The translations under genes and the position numbers were made by a program. DNA of 48,387 nucleotides from Candidatus Heimdallarchaeota archaeon (lineage in GTDB: Archaea > Asgardarchaeota > Heimdallarchaeia > Heimdallarchaeales > Heimdallarchaeaceae): assembly GCA_018238545.1 (NCBI GenBank), contig JABCTC010000026.1, positions 1 to 48,387 of the forward strand. The letters are read 5' to 3'. Shown here piece by piece: positions 39,225-48,387 of this stretch. The notes beneath the pieces are model-generated. The model worked only from the letters and a program-made list of their open reading frames with translations. It had not been told where the DNA came from and did not search any database. Positions within the stretch are counted from its first letter, which is position 1. Every line of letters begins with the position of its first letter.

Positions 39225-39371
39225 TCAACCCGATACTAACGGGCCTTCATTACTTGCGTTACGGAACCGTTCCTCCCAATTTGGTTCCCTGTATTACTAT
39301 GGCGTAAGGGCGTAAATAAGGTTAGTGCTTGTTCGCTCCGAGCTTCGTTATAATTGCGGTTTAGGGCATCC

Positions 39372-40595
39372 TCATTCTATAATCATTGACCGAACGAGTT
39401 TTGTTAATCTTCTCGGACGGACCTTAGAAATAGAGATAGAATCACAGTTGTGGAATTTCGCAAATTCCTCTAATCCCCTTTTCAATCGCTCCAAACCATC
39501 TGAGGATTGTAGTTCTATTGTTTCTAGATAGAGTGCCTTTATTTCTAAGAGACCCTCCTTTCGATGAACCTTGGCATCTAAGCGACCAGCGAGTTCATTC
39601 TTGTCAAGGATTGGAAGAACGAAATATCCGTATATCCTATCGGGTGCAGGTACATAGCATTCAATCTTGTAATCAAAATCCCAGATACGTTTTGGAAATG
39701 CTCGCTCGCGTAGGATGTTATCAAAGGGAGTAAGTAGTAAGACAGGTACATCATCCAGGTCTAACTTTGATGACACACTTAGCGAGTCCACATTCTTTGC
39801 CAGAACAAAGTAGCGGTCTTCGAGACCCTTGATTGTGACTTCATCAAGATGCCCATCGTTCACTCTTTGATCGAGGAATGATTCAATCTGATCATTCCTA
39901 CCTTTCCAAATCTTCTGGGAAGGAAGTTTATTGTGATATGTTCGAATGTCATCATAGCAACCAATACCAAGGGAACCGAGTGATGTGTCAACAACGAAAT
40001 CTGCAGCATCTTCATCTGACATTGGTTCAGAATCAATGTGTCCTGGTAAAACACGTTCAGTAAGATCATAATATTTCTGGAATCCTTTTCTGTAAGCTAC
40101 CATTAGTTTTCCTATAGTGTAGAGATATTCTAATGCACGTTTCTCTACTTTCCAATCCCACCACCCCGTTGATTCGGGATTCTTTTCTCCAATTGAAGCA
40201 CTGCTTGTTATACCATTCTTCTTCACATCCCGATATACTTGTTCGATTGTATCTTTATGACCTATAGCCCATTTCGTATCACGAGGGCTAGGATAGAACT
40301 TCCTTCGCCAAGCATAGAATGGATAGGTCTCCATCGGCATCATACACATGGCATGAGACCAATATTCAAACAACTCTCCCTTTTTTTCATAGGCCCAGAT
40401 AGACCCATCCTCATACCTAGAAAATCGATTGAAAGTAATAAGATTGTGACTTCGCGATACCACAGAGATTGTATCAATTTGTATATTATGGATTCGCCGT
40501 GCAACATCTAGAACTGATTTGCAAGGTTTACTAGTTCTGAGACCCTGTGCATCTAATATGCAATTACGTGCATCTTCCAAAGAAATCTCAATCAT
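39372..40595 (-). CDS. YcaQ/AlkZ-family (HTH_42) crosslink-repair DNA glycosylase
   Basis: QIDTISVVSRSH (QxD), FEYWSHA, LLTPFDN, IECYVP...YGYFVLPIL; likely start MIEIS (track start 40676). Confidence 0.88.
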   Translation of the reverse strand: MIEISLEDARNCILDAQGLRTSKPCKSVLDVARRIHNIQIDTISVVSRSHNLITFNRFSRYEDGSIWAYEKKGELFEYWSHAMCMMPMETYPFYAWRRKFYPSPRDTKWAIGHKDTIEQVYRDVKKNGITSSASIGEKNPESTGWWDWKVEKRALEYLYTIGKLMVAYRKGFQKYYDLTERVLPGHIDSEPMSDEDAADFVVDTSLGSLGIGCYDDIRTYHNKLPSQKIWKGRNDQIESFLDQRVNDGHLDEVTIKGLEDRYFVLAKNVDSLSVSSKLDLDDVPVLLLTPFDNILRERAFPKRIWDFDYKIECYVPAPDRIYGYFVLPILDKNELAGRLDAKVHRKEGLLEIKALYLETIELQSSDGLERLKRGLEEFAKFHNCDSISISKVRPRRLTKLVRSMIIE

Positions 40596-40754
40596 AGTAA
40601 CCCACTCAGAAAGATTCTCTTGATAATAACGTCTCTCTCGATTTTTAAGATAAGCATCTACGATTGTTGAATTCAAATAAAGATATGTCCAGAATCAACA
40701 TTCTCTTTCAGTTTTTCCACCATCGTCATCTAGGATATTGAACCGCAATGAAAA

Positions 40755-41423
40755 CTATGTAGGACCATGACCTAATCTCGATAATTGTAGAAGAACTGTA
40801 ATTAGCAGCAAGATAAGACCAATCAATATGAGGGCAATATCAACCCCCTTACCTTTGATTCGACGGCGGTTTAGAGCTAGCTTAGCACTAACCATAACAT
40901 GAAAGATGATTGAAATGACTAGGAAGAGATCGAAACGTTGATGCTGTGAAAACGGAATCAAATTAACCAAGATGAATTCGTAATATGAAATACCAGAAAG
41001 AATCACTAAGCCTGCAAAGATTAGTATCAACCATTTTGTAATCTGTTGAGTGATTCTCAGCCAGTGAAGCCGAGGATTTTTCAATAATCGAAAACTACTG
41101 ATTTTGATGTATATCAGCGTGTAGAGAACATGAAATAATAGCAAGATGATAAAGCCCCATTCAAAGACTAAATGAAGTGAGGTCACATATGTTGAGTCGG
41201 CAATCCAATGACGTGAAATCGAATATCCAAGAATAATTGTTATGAGTGAAAATACAACAAGCGCCCATGAAATAATCCGATGTACTTGAATCCGTTGCTT
41301 TACTATTTTAAATCCCGCCTTGCGACAAGTAGACTCCGCTGTCGAATCAGAGGTTGTTAAAGTGATTGTGGTTATCGTTGAAATTAAATTATTATAGGAA
41401 CAAAGATATTCAGAAAGACCCAA
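40755..41423 (-). CDS. 6-TM membrane protein with intramembrane histidines (possible b-type cytochrome)
   Basis: Two 3-TM halves with HRIISW, SLHL, LFHV and QHQRF, IFHV; start uncertain. Confidence 0.5.
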   Translation of the reverse strand: MGLSEYLCSYNNLISTITTITLTTSDSTAESTCRKAGFKIVKQRIQVHRIISWALVVFSLITIILGYSISRHWIADSTYVTSLHLVFEWGFIILLLFHVLYTLIYIKISSFRLLKNPRLHWLRITQQITKWLILIFAGLVILSGISYYEFILVNLIPFSQHQRFDLFLVISIIFHVMVSAKLALNRRRIKGKGVDIALILIGLILLLITVLLQLSRLGHGPT

Positions 41424-41461
41424 GATTTCTCTGCGTCATTGTAAGGAAGAAGGAATAACCA

Positions 41462-42094
41462 TTGAACGAAAACAGAGAGAAGACATATTGTGGTGTTGTA
41501 GCTAGATATCATTTCCATGATGTTAGATGGTTTGGAATCTTTGGTTTTGCTCCGATGATTGTTGGAGTAGTGGGCATGATTGGTTCGTCAGTCAGCTATT
41601 TTGGACTGAGTTTTGATATTGGAACATTCCTCGGATTGAGTCCATTCATCCTGACTGAGAGCATATTGATGATCCCAGTCATCTTCATTATTAGTATGCT
41701 CTTCTTTGCTGGAGGACTTGAGTGGTATGTTCTATGCCGACACTGTCCTTGTTATGAATACTCAGGAAAAGAACATGGGAAAGAGAATCGCTTCTATTGT
41801 CTGGGTAATTGGGGTAGTCCCAAGTTGTTCAAATACAAGCCAGGTCACATTAGTCGGGGTGGGCAAGCATTTTTTCTTATCTTTGTAGCGTTCTATATTC
41901 TATCTCCAGCATTCTATCTGATTGATAGGTGGGAATTCTTCGTCATCCAATTAGTCATGGCGCTTGTATTCTTTGTAACCCTACGTCAGTGGGGATGTTC
42001 TCAATGTCCCAATTTTGGTTGCGTTCTAAATACTGTAACAGAAGAGAAGCGTGTAAAATTCCTAGAAGCATTAGAGAAAGGAGAAATCTACTGA
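41462..42094 (+). CDS. Membrane protein with two Cys clusters
   Basis: LCRHCPCY...C and GCSQCPNFGC flanking TM helices. Confidence 0.65.
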   Translation: MNENREKTYCGVVARYHFHDVRWFGIFGFAPMIVGVVGMIGSSVSYFGLSFDIGTFLGLSPFILTESILMIPVIFIISMLFFAGGLEWYVLCRHCPCYEYSGKEHGKENRFYCLGNWGSPKLFKYKPGHISRGGQAFFLIFVAFYILSPAFYLIDRWEFFVIQLVMALVFFVTLRQWGCSQCPNFGCVLNTVTEEKRVKFLEALEKGEIY

Positions 42095-42192
42095 GGAATT
42101 GGAGCTAAGCCAACATCTCCTTTATATTAATCCCTGTACAAGACTATAGTAGAGGTACTCCTAGAGGCTCAAATTGAGGGGATGAATATCGA

Positions 42193-42819
42193 ATGTCTGA
42201 GAATACAAGTTTAGCTGATGATATCAGAGTAATCTATGACCGATTGCAGATGGAGGAAGTATTTCATCAACCATTCGAATCAATTAGTGTGATATATCAT
42301 AAAAGGATGCACCGAGATGACATAGGAGTGATTCACAAAGTCCAAGAATCAAATATCATACTCGATATCTTTGCAAGGAGTAATGATGAAGCAATTGAGG
42401 TTTCTGCAGCATTCTTTGCTAATATGCGTTTGAAGATTGCACATCCATTTGGGACAAGACATGGTCCATTGCTCTACGTCTTACCTATCATTCACATGAT
42501 TGTTTCTTTGACAATTATCGTCGTTGGTTGGGTATTACTGAGTTTAGAGTATTGCTTTTATTTTGGAGTAATTGCTGTTGTGACACTACCTCTACTCATC
42601 TATTGGATAGCGACTTCATTTACTACAAGAAGAGAGATTCTCATGGAGAATTTAGAGCTTACTGGTAAGTTTGAGAATTCTGAAGATATTGATGAAGCGG
42701 TAACATGGCTCAGAGCGAAACAGCATACACGAGGCTATTGGTTCAAACGTATCATCTTCTACGAATTGTACTACATTCCTATTACCATACTTGTGTTTGT
42801 CCTTTATCATTCTCAGTAG
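42193..42819 (+). CDS. Hypothetical membrane protein
   Basis: 208-aa ORF with three hydrophobic segments and a GAGGGG upstream. Confidence 0.6.
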   Translation: MSENTSLADDIRVIYDRLQMEEVFHQPFESISVIYHKRMHRDDIGVIHKVQESNIILDIFARSNDEAIEVSAAFFANMRLKIAHPFGTRHGPLLYVLPIIHMIVSLTIIVVGWVLLSLEYCFYFGVIAVVTLPLLIYWIATSFTTRREILMENLELTGKFENSEDIDEAVTWLRAKQHTRGYWFKRIIFYELYYIPITILVFVLYHSQ

Positions 42820-42843
42820 TATTAATGATACTGGGGGAATACC

Positions 42844-43527
42844 TTAGAGTTTCTTAGATCCCTCTCTAATCACTAGCTTGGTCATTTTATGACTGTGCGT
42901 TTCAAAATACTCTCGTACTATGTTAAGTTCCCGTTTACTTAATTCTCGAAGAACCCATCCTGCGGCTTTGCCAACGAAGAATTCCTTATCGGAAATGTGA
43001 GGAGTTACTGCTTCCAATATCTTATCAGCATACTTGGGTTTGTACTGCGTTTTATGGGCTAAATGCAGATACGGTAAGAAAGAGCATCGTCTTCTCCAGA
43101 AGTTGTCTGAAGTTCGCCATGATTTTAGTACATCCTCAACCTTAGGGTCTCGAAGGATAAGACTTCCAATAGTTGGTGAACTTAACGGATCAGTAATCGC
43201 CCATGTGTCAGCATCATCTATCCAATTATCAGCAATTTCCAAGGCCTTGTCAACTGAGCCATTCTTAGCATATTCTTTCAACACATCAATAGCTGCTAAA
43301 CGGGTTTCAAAAGTTTCAGTCTTCCATAGCTCGGCCATGAGGTCCGGCATTTCTTCTATTTGCATCCCTTCAATGTTGGTCTTGACTATGCGATGGATTA
43401 TTGGAAGTTCCACTCCAATGAAATTAAGAGAAGATGTTTTCAGATAACCAGCATTTTTCTCTCTACGTTCCGAAGTGCCAATTGCTTCAAGCTCAGAATG
43501 AATCTGTTTGGAGCGCAGAATTACCAT
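42844..43527 (-). CDS. AlkD-family DNA alkylation repair protein
   Basis: ADTWAITD, W..SDNFWRRR, EFFVGKAAGWVLRE, REGSKKL. Confidence 0.88.
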   Translation of the reverse strand: MVILRSKQIHSELEAIGTSERREKNAGYLKTSSLNFIGVELPIIHRIVKTNIEGMQIEEMPDLMAELWKTETFETRLAAIDVLKEYAKNGSVDKALEIADNWIDDADTWAITDPLSSPTIGSLILRDPKVEDVLKSWRTSDNFWRRRCSFLPYLHLAHKTQYKPKYADKILEAVTPHISDKEFFVGKAAGWVLRELSKRELNIVREYFETHSHKMTKLVIREGSKKL

Positions 43528-43699
43528 AATTATTGAATAGACAATTAGAATATATTTATGCTTACTTAATTTTCCAAGCTCCTAATTGAGCAGAGAAAAA
43601 AATAAGAGGATGTGTTCTTCAAGCACATTACCAACCAATGTCCATATATTGACCTTTATTTTGTTCGCGGATGTCCAGAATCAAGGCTGTGTATTTACG

Positions 43700-44227
43700 A
43701 TGGTCAAGCAAGAAACAATGTTGGACTTGGAATTCAGGAGTTGGCTTCTAGAACAGCCTGAAGGCGAAACGTTGCTTAGATGCTATCAATGCGGACGATG
43801 TACAAGCGCCTGTCCGGTTGCTGAGATTGAACCATCCTTCAATCCGAGGTTGTTTCTTCAGAAGATACTAATTGGTGACAAATCGATTGCCGAAAACCAA
43901 TTGGTTTGGAATTGTCTTACTTGTGAACAATGCGAGGTCCGATGTCCAGAGCATGTTAAAATCCCTCACATTCTCATTCTAGCTAAAGTCCGGGGACTCA
44001 TGGCCGGCAATGTACCACTAGCCGCTCTTGACCGTGCCAGAACAATAATCTCGGAAGGGCGAAGCTTGTCTGTCAGCTCTCCGATGCTCAAAACCAGAAC
44101 CAAAATGGGGCTTCCTGACCTCGGAACACCATCTATGGATCAGATCGTTGCTATGTTAGCAGATATCGGTATTGTTGGAAAGCTAGAAAATGTGAAGTCA
44201 GTCTACGGAGATGCTGAAGATGAGTAA
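43700..44227 (+). CDS. hdrC: Heterodisulfide reductase subunit C-like
   Basis: CYQCGRCTSACP and WNCLTCEQCEVRCP; likely start MVKQ (track start 43586). Confidence 0.88.
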   Translation: MVKQETMLDLEFRSWLLEQPEGETLLRCYQCGRCTSACPVAEIEPSFNPRLFLQKILIGDKSIAENQLVWNCLTCEQCEVRCPEHVKIPHILILAKVRGLMAGNVPLAALDRARTIISEGRSLSVSSPMLKTRTKMGLPDLGTPSMDQIVAMLADIGIVGKLENVKSVYGDAEDE

Positions 44228-45122
44228 ACCCCGAACTTACACTTACTTCCCAGGTTGCATGATCCCGTATCGGCTTCCTCATTTTGAGTTGACAGCGCGG
44301 GAAGTTCTCAAGAAATTCAATGTAGAATTGGAAACGCATTCTGAACATTCTTGTTGTCCTGAACCGACTACTTTCACTGGAGTAGACTTTGAAGCATGGG
44401 TAACCATCGCGGCAAGAAATGTTGCTGTGAGTGAATCCACTGGTAATGAAACAGTAGCTTTGTGCAGCGGATGCTTTCATACATTAGCTGTTGCTAATCA
44501 CATGGTTCAGGAAGATGAAGAATTAAAAAAGAGAATAAACAAGAGACTCAAAAAATCGGGACTTGAAATAACCGGTAAACATACAATCAAGAATATTCTT
44601 CATGTACTGCACAAAGACATCGGTTTGGATGTCATTAAGAAACAAGTCACAAATCCACTCACGTCACTCAAGATTGCACCGCATTATGGATGCCATCTCG
44701 TGAGACCATTGGAAGCAACTCACATGGATCACGCTGAGAATCCCCAATGGATGGATGACGTCATCAGAACAACTGGAGCGGAGATCGCAGAAATCGAAGA
44801 TAAGATGGCTTGCTGTGGAGCTCCTATAATGCCATCTGGCGAGGACAAAGCCTTGACAATCACAGCATCCAGATTGGATCAGATCAAAGCATCAGGTGCA
44901 GACGCTATTGTGGTGGTCTGTCCGACATGCTACACTCAACTAGAAACACAGCAAGCAAAGGTAGCAGATAAGTTCGAAACGGAATACAACATACCTGTAT
45001 TGTACCTAGGGGAGCTGCTTGCATTCTCAATGGGGATGACTGATATCGTCACTGCAAATCAGCGGAGGTTCCACCGTGTCAAACTTGGAGCATTGCTTGA
45101 GAAAATCGGAGGTACACCATAA
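44211..45122 (+). CDS. hdrB: Heterodisulfide reductase subunit B-like
   Basis: YFPGC, SCCP, CSGC; HYGCH, CCG, CPTC (two CCG domains). Confidence 0.92.
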   Translation: MLKMSKPRTYTYFPGCMIPYRLPHFELTAREVLKKFNVELETHSEHSCCPEPTTFTGVDFEAWVTIAARNVAVSESTGNETVALCSGCFHTLAVANHMVQEDEELKKRINKRLKKSGLEITGKHTIKNILHVLHKDIGLDVIKKQVTNPLTSLKIAPHYGCHLVRPLEATHMDHAENPQWMDDVIRTTGAEIAEIEDKMACCGAPIMPSGEDKALTITASRLDQIKASGADAIVVVCPTCYTQLETQQAKVADKFETEYNIPVLYLGELLAFSMGMTDIVTANQRRFHRVKLGALLEKIGGTP

Positions 45123-46387
45123 TGACAAAGACTGCTGTTGTTATTGGAGCGGGATTGGCTGGAATTCAGGTTGCTCAGCAACTTACTGATTTAGGAATAG
45201 TAGTTCATTTGATTGAGAAAGAATCCATCATCGGAGGACTCTCAACTCACTTAGGACGCGTTTTCCCGACAGGTGATTGTGCTCTTTGCTTAGATGCCAG
45301 TACAGAAATCTTTGATGGTCAACACCGAAGATGTCAGTATAGAGGTCTAGTGACCGAAAAGAAAAATCTCAAACTGCATACTCTGACAGAGATTAAGTCA
45401 ATCAGTGAAGTGGATGGAAATTTCAAGATATCAATCAAGTCACAACCTCGACATGTGGACCTTGATCGTTGTGTTGTTTGTCTAGAGTGCATTGAAGTCT
45501 GTGATGTTAACACACCCGATGAATATGGTATTAGAGGAGGAACTCGAAAAGCAATCTTCCGTCCTATACCTCAAGGCGTTCCCTTAGCTCCACTCATTGA
45601 CATGGAGCATTGTACGAAATGTGGAAAGTGTGTAGACATCTGTAAAGTCAACGCCATAGATCTTGAAGAAAAAGAAAGCACCAAGACAATCAAAGCTGAT
45701 GCACTCATATTAGCAACTGGCGTGGAAGAAAAGGTTCCTCTAGATTTCCCTGGATACGAGTATAGAACATCTGAAGATATCATAACTCATGCAGAGCTCG
45801 CAAGATTACTGGACCCGGCTGGTAGCACGAATGGAGAAGTTACCACATCATCAGGTAATACTGTTTCAGAAGTGACCATGGTGCTTTGTGTCGGCAGCAG
45901 AGACCTAGATGCCGCTGAATACTGTTCTCAAGCTTGTTGCACTTACAGCTTAAAACATGCTGACATGCTCCGTGATCTGGGAATTGATGTCACCATTTGT
46001 TACATGGATTTACGAGTGCCTAAGTCAAGCGAGCACTATCTAACGCTCGCAAGAGAGAAGGGTGTCAAATTTCTAAGAGGTAAACCCGACAGTGTGATTA
46101 TTCGAAATGGTAAGCCCATGACAATCGTTGAAGATACGCAGTCCCAAAAGCGAATGCAAATTGAATCGGACCTCGTAGTGCTTGCATCACCACTCTCACC
46201 CCTTGCGGACCAGAATGATGCGCTTGCTGAATTCATAGGCGAGTATGGATTTATTTCAAGAGTGGCTAAGGAAGGACGTGTTTATGCTTGTGGTACTGCT
46301 ACAGGACCCACAGACATACCTACTAGCATCGCGGAGGCTAATGCCATCGCGCTACAAGTGTATACAGATTTGGAGGGTGGTGTTTAG
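45122..46387 (+). CDS. hdrA: Short HdrA-like flavoprotein
   Basis: GAGLAG, FPTGDCALC, 2[4Fe-4S] insert, CVGSR...YCSQACC...K, GPTDIP. Confidence 0.85.
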   Translation: MTKTAVVIGAGLAGIQVAQQLTDLGIVVHLIEKESIIGGLSTHLGRVFPTGDCALCLDASTEIFDGQHRRCQYRGLVTEKKNLKLHTLTEIKSISEVDGNFKISIKSQPRHVDLDRCVVCLECIEVCDVNTPDEYGIRGGTRKAIFRPIPQGVPLAPLIDMEHCTKCGKCVDICKVNAIDLEEKESTKTIKADALILATGVEEKVPLDFPGYEYRTSEDIITHAELARLLDPAGSTNGEVTTSSGNTVSEVTMVLCVGSRDLDAAEYCSQACCTYSLKHADMLRDLGIDVTICYMDLRVPKSSEHYLTLAREKGVKFLRGKPDSVIIRNGKPMTIVEDTQSQKRMQIESDLVVLASPLSPLADQNDALAEFIGEYGFISRVAKEGRVYACGTATGPTDIPTSIAEANAIALQVYTDLEGGV

Positions 46388-47656
46388 ATGAAGAAACTAT
46401 TCCTATGTACCTGCAATAAGACGCTCAACAAGTGGCTAGATTATGCACGCATTGAGAAGGAGATGGGTAGTACTTTCGATGCTATCCACATTCATGATGC
46501 ACTCTGTCTAGAAGAAGGACTCACATTTCTTGACTCGGAGGTTTCTGCGGAAGACTCTGTAGTAATTGGAGCCTGTACGTCTCAAATCATTGGCGCACCA
46601 ATGTCAAAACGACTCAAGTGTGAACATATTTCATATGTACCTCTCAGAGAGCAAGTTGCGTGGGTTCACAAGGATGACCAAAAGGGTGCCTCAAGCAAGG
46701 CTTCAGTTTTACTTCATGATGCTGCGATTCAAGTTGATTACATGGACCCACAAACAATTGTGGAAACCGATATTGAGAAGAAGGTTCTAATCATTGGCGG
46801 TTGTATTGCGGGCCTTAAGGCAGCAAGTGACCTCCTTAAGCTGGGAGTAGAAGTAATGCTACTTGAGCCATCTGAATGGAGTCGCAAAAGCTATGAAGAA
46901 ATGAACCAGTTCATGGCTGAAAGTAGCAACCTCAAAGATGCTATCCGCGACTTAGTTTTATCCTCGAAAAAAGCAAAGACGGTTCGTGGAAAAATAACAG
47001 AACTTAGTGGTAATGCGGGTTTGTATCAAATATCATTGAAGCATGATTCTGGAAAGGAAGAGAGCAATCTTGTCGGCTCGATTATTGTTGCAACTAACGC
47101 TGAGCATTCTCCACCCCCCATTGCAAAAATGTGTCGCTATGGAAAGTCAGATCGAACACTATTGATTACCGAATTACCAACTCTCATTGCAAAGCAAGCG
47201 GCGAAGGATACAAAGACCATTTTCGTGGCTGTAGATCCATCACATCAACTTAGTACTGTTGAAGGGAGCTATCTTCTTCGAACAATTACTCAAGCATCAG
47301 AAAAAGGCAATACCGTTATTCTAGCTCATTCTGACATTAGCACAAAGGATGAGAACCTATACAGAGCAGCTAGAAAAGCAGGTGTCATCTTTGTGAGAGG
47401 ATCATTGGAGAAAGTAAAAGACTCGAAGAAGGGTATGGTGTGTCGCTTGGAGAACACTCTAGAGTCTCAAGTCAGAGAGTTTACCGTAGATTACTTGGTG
47501 CTTCAAACACAACTCAAACCTTCGCGTAGTACTGGACAACTTGCTAACGTACTTGGTTTGGAGCTAGATCAGAATGGTTTCATTAAGACCCGTTACTCGA
47601 AGATGAAACCTGTTCAGACTTCAAAACGCGGAATTTTCTTTGCGGGCAGTGCAAAA
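46388..47656 (+). CDS. Second, degenerate HdrA-like protein, truncated at a junction
   Basis: LFLCTC...LC...GACT...LREQVAWVH N-domain, IIGGCIAG, GIFFAGSAK then abrupt loss of similarity. Confidence 0.78.
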
Positions 47657-47735
47657 ACAACTTGGTGGCCCTGGTTGTTCAACCAAAGTCGCAGAGATGT
47701 TATTTGATCTGCTGTTACAGAAGGAAGCCGGTTAG
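47640..47735 (+). CDS. lpxB: 3' end of lipid-A-disaccharide synthase (fragment, different frame from HdrA)
   Basis: LRAVQKQLGGPGCSTKVAEMLFDLLLQKEAG* fits the LpxB C-terminal LG.PG.S..VA pattern and precedes an msbA-like gene. Confidence 0.6.
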   Translation: MRAVQKQLGGPGCSTKVAEMLFDLLLQKEAG

Positions 47736-47741
47736 GGTTTT

Positions 47742-48195
47742 ATGACGAACAAGCAACTCTACATAAGATTACTCAAATATTCACGGCCTTATAAGTGGCG
47801 CATTGTGCTGTCCCTGATTTTCTCTCTGGTTGTGGCTGGTTCCGATATCGCCTATATCAACCTGATTGAGCCTTTGGTTGACAAGATCATTAACGCCGGC
47901 AACGCTGACCTGGCCTATCTTATCCCTGTTTTTATCATTGGCCTGGCGATCTCCAAAGGTGTCGGTCGTTTTTTTCAGGAATATTATATCAACACGGCCG
48001 GTCAACTGGTGGTTCAGGACCTTCGTAACGCTCTCTTCAGCCAATCCATGCATCTGTCAATGGGTTTTCATGTCAATCAGCCTCCCGGCCGTCTTACCTC
48101 AAGAGTTCTCAACGATGTCGGTGTCTTGCAAAGATCGGCCGCAGACGCCCTGGTCGATGGCCTGCGGGAAAGTTTCACCTTGATTGGTTTGGTCT
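47742..48195 (+). CDS. msbA: 5' part of lipid A flippase MsbA-like ABC transporter (absent from ORF track)
   Basis: MTNKQLYIRLLKYSRPYKWRIV...GQLVVQDLRNALF...GRLTSRVLNDV...LRESFTLIGLV. Confidence 0.8.
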
Positions 48196-48387
48196 TCCTG
48201 GCTTGGCATATCGGTGGGCGTGGGAGGTTTCGTGGGTTCGGCTCGCCCAAGAAATGTTGTCGGGGGTGGTTCGTTGGCGGCAATACGGGGGACGTCTTCA
48301 GAATGAACATCTTTGACATCAGAGAAAGGGACTGTGTCAATCGGTGGGGCCAACGGTTGCAGGCCGGTCAGGTCCGGTTCCACCTGA
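48190..48387 (-). other. GC-rich fragment, probably an internal piece of a Pro-rich gene
   Basis: Minus frame is open from the window end (VEPDLTGLQPLAPP...EPTKPPTPTDMP); the MsbA frame stops resembling MsbA here. Confidence 0.4.

Noticed and set aside
45122-47656. Selenocysteine recoding in HdrA
   Set aside because: Both ORFs are open without an in-frame TGA over their homologous lengths.
47640-48195. Lipid A genes transferred into an archaeon
   Set aside because: Both genes are fragments, GC differs, and the join interrupts hdrA at a short shared sequence.
832-48340. Numerous short ORFs nested in or antisense to larger genes (e.g. 6048, 18592, 33847, 36972, 43034, 47781, 47866)
   Set aside because: They overlap well-supported genes and show no motifs.
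1-48387. tRNA or rRNA genes
   Set aside because: No cloverleaf or rRNA-like stretch recognised by eye; a covariance-model scan would be needed to exclude them.

Overview
This window does not read as one genome. It looks like a chimeric metagenomic contig of about five unrelated pieces, each joined in the middle of a gene. (1) 1-~11865: a very AT-rich tailed bacteriophage with sigma70-type promoters, a Phd/YefM-like regulator, a RecU-like nuclease, four glycosyltransferase genes plus an FkbM methyltransferase around terL, a portal gene and the start of a fibre-like gene. (2) ~11865-~13555: an internal fragment of a Tyr/acidic-rich protein with ~110-aa repeats from a low-GC organism. (3) ~13535-~47655: about 34 kb of archaeal chromosome, most consistent with Asgard (Thorarchaeia-like) DNA. 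It carries a Rab-like GTPase, an LRR protein, three paralogous beta-propeller surface proteins, CorA, CopA, YcaQ- and AlkD-like glycosylases and an hdrC-hdrB-hdrA-hdrA cluster. (4) ~47640-~48190: the lpxB 3' end and msbA 5' end of a diderm bacterium. (5) ~48190-end: a GC-rich fragment encoding Pro-rich sequence. At two junctions the same ~17-25 nt reads sensibly in both partner genes, which is the signature of short-overlap misassembly, so the 'Asgard provirus' reading is rejected. The best leads lie inside single segments: the phage glycosylation/methylation cluster, a motif-permuted RecU-like nuclease, an 81-bp duplicated gene end with only synonymous changes between two surface-protein paralogs, a ~1-kb element with symmetric direct and inverted repeats, orphaned MarR operator boxes, and an asymmetric HdrA pair. 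All assignments come from motif recognition by eye; no searches were run, and taxonomic calls are inference.
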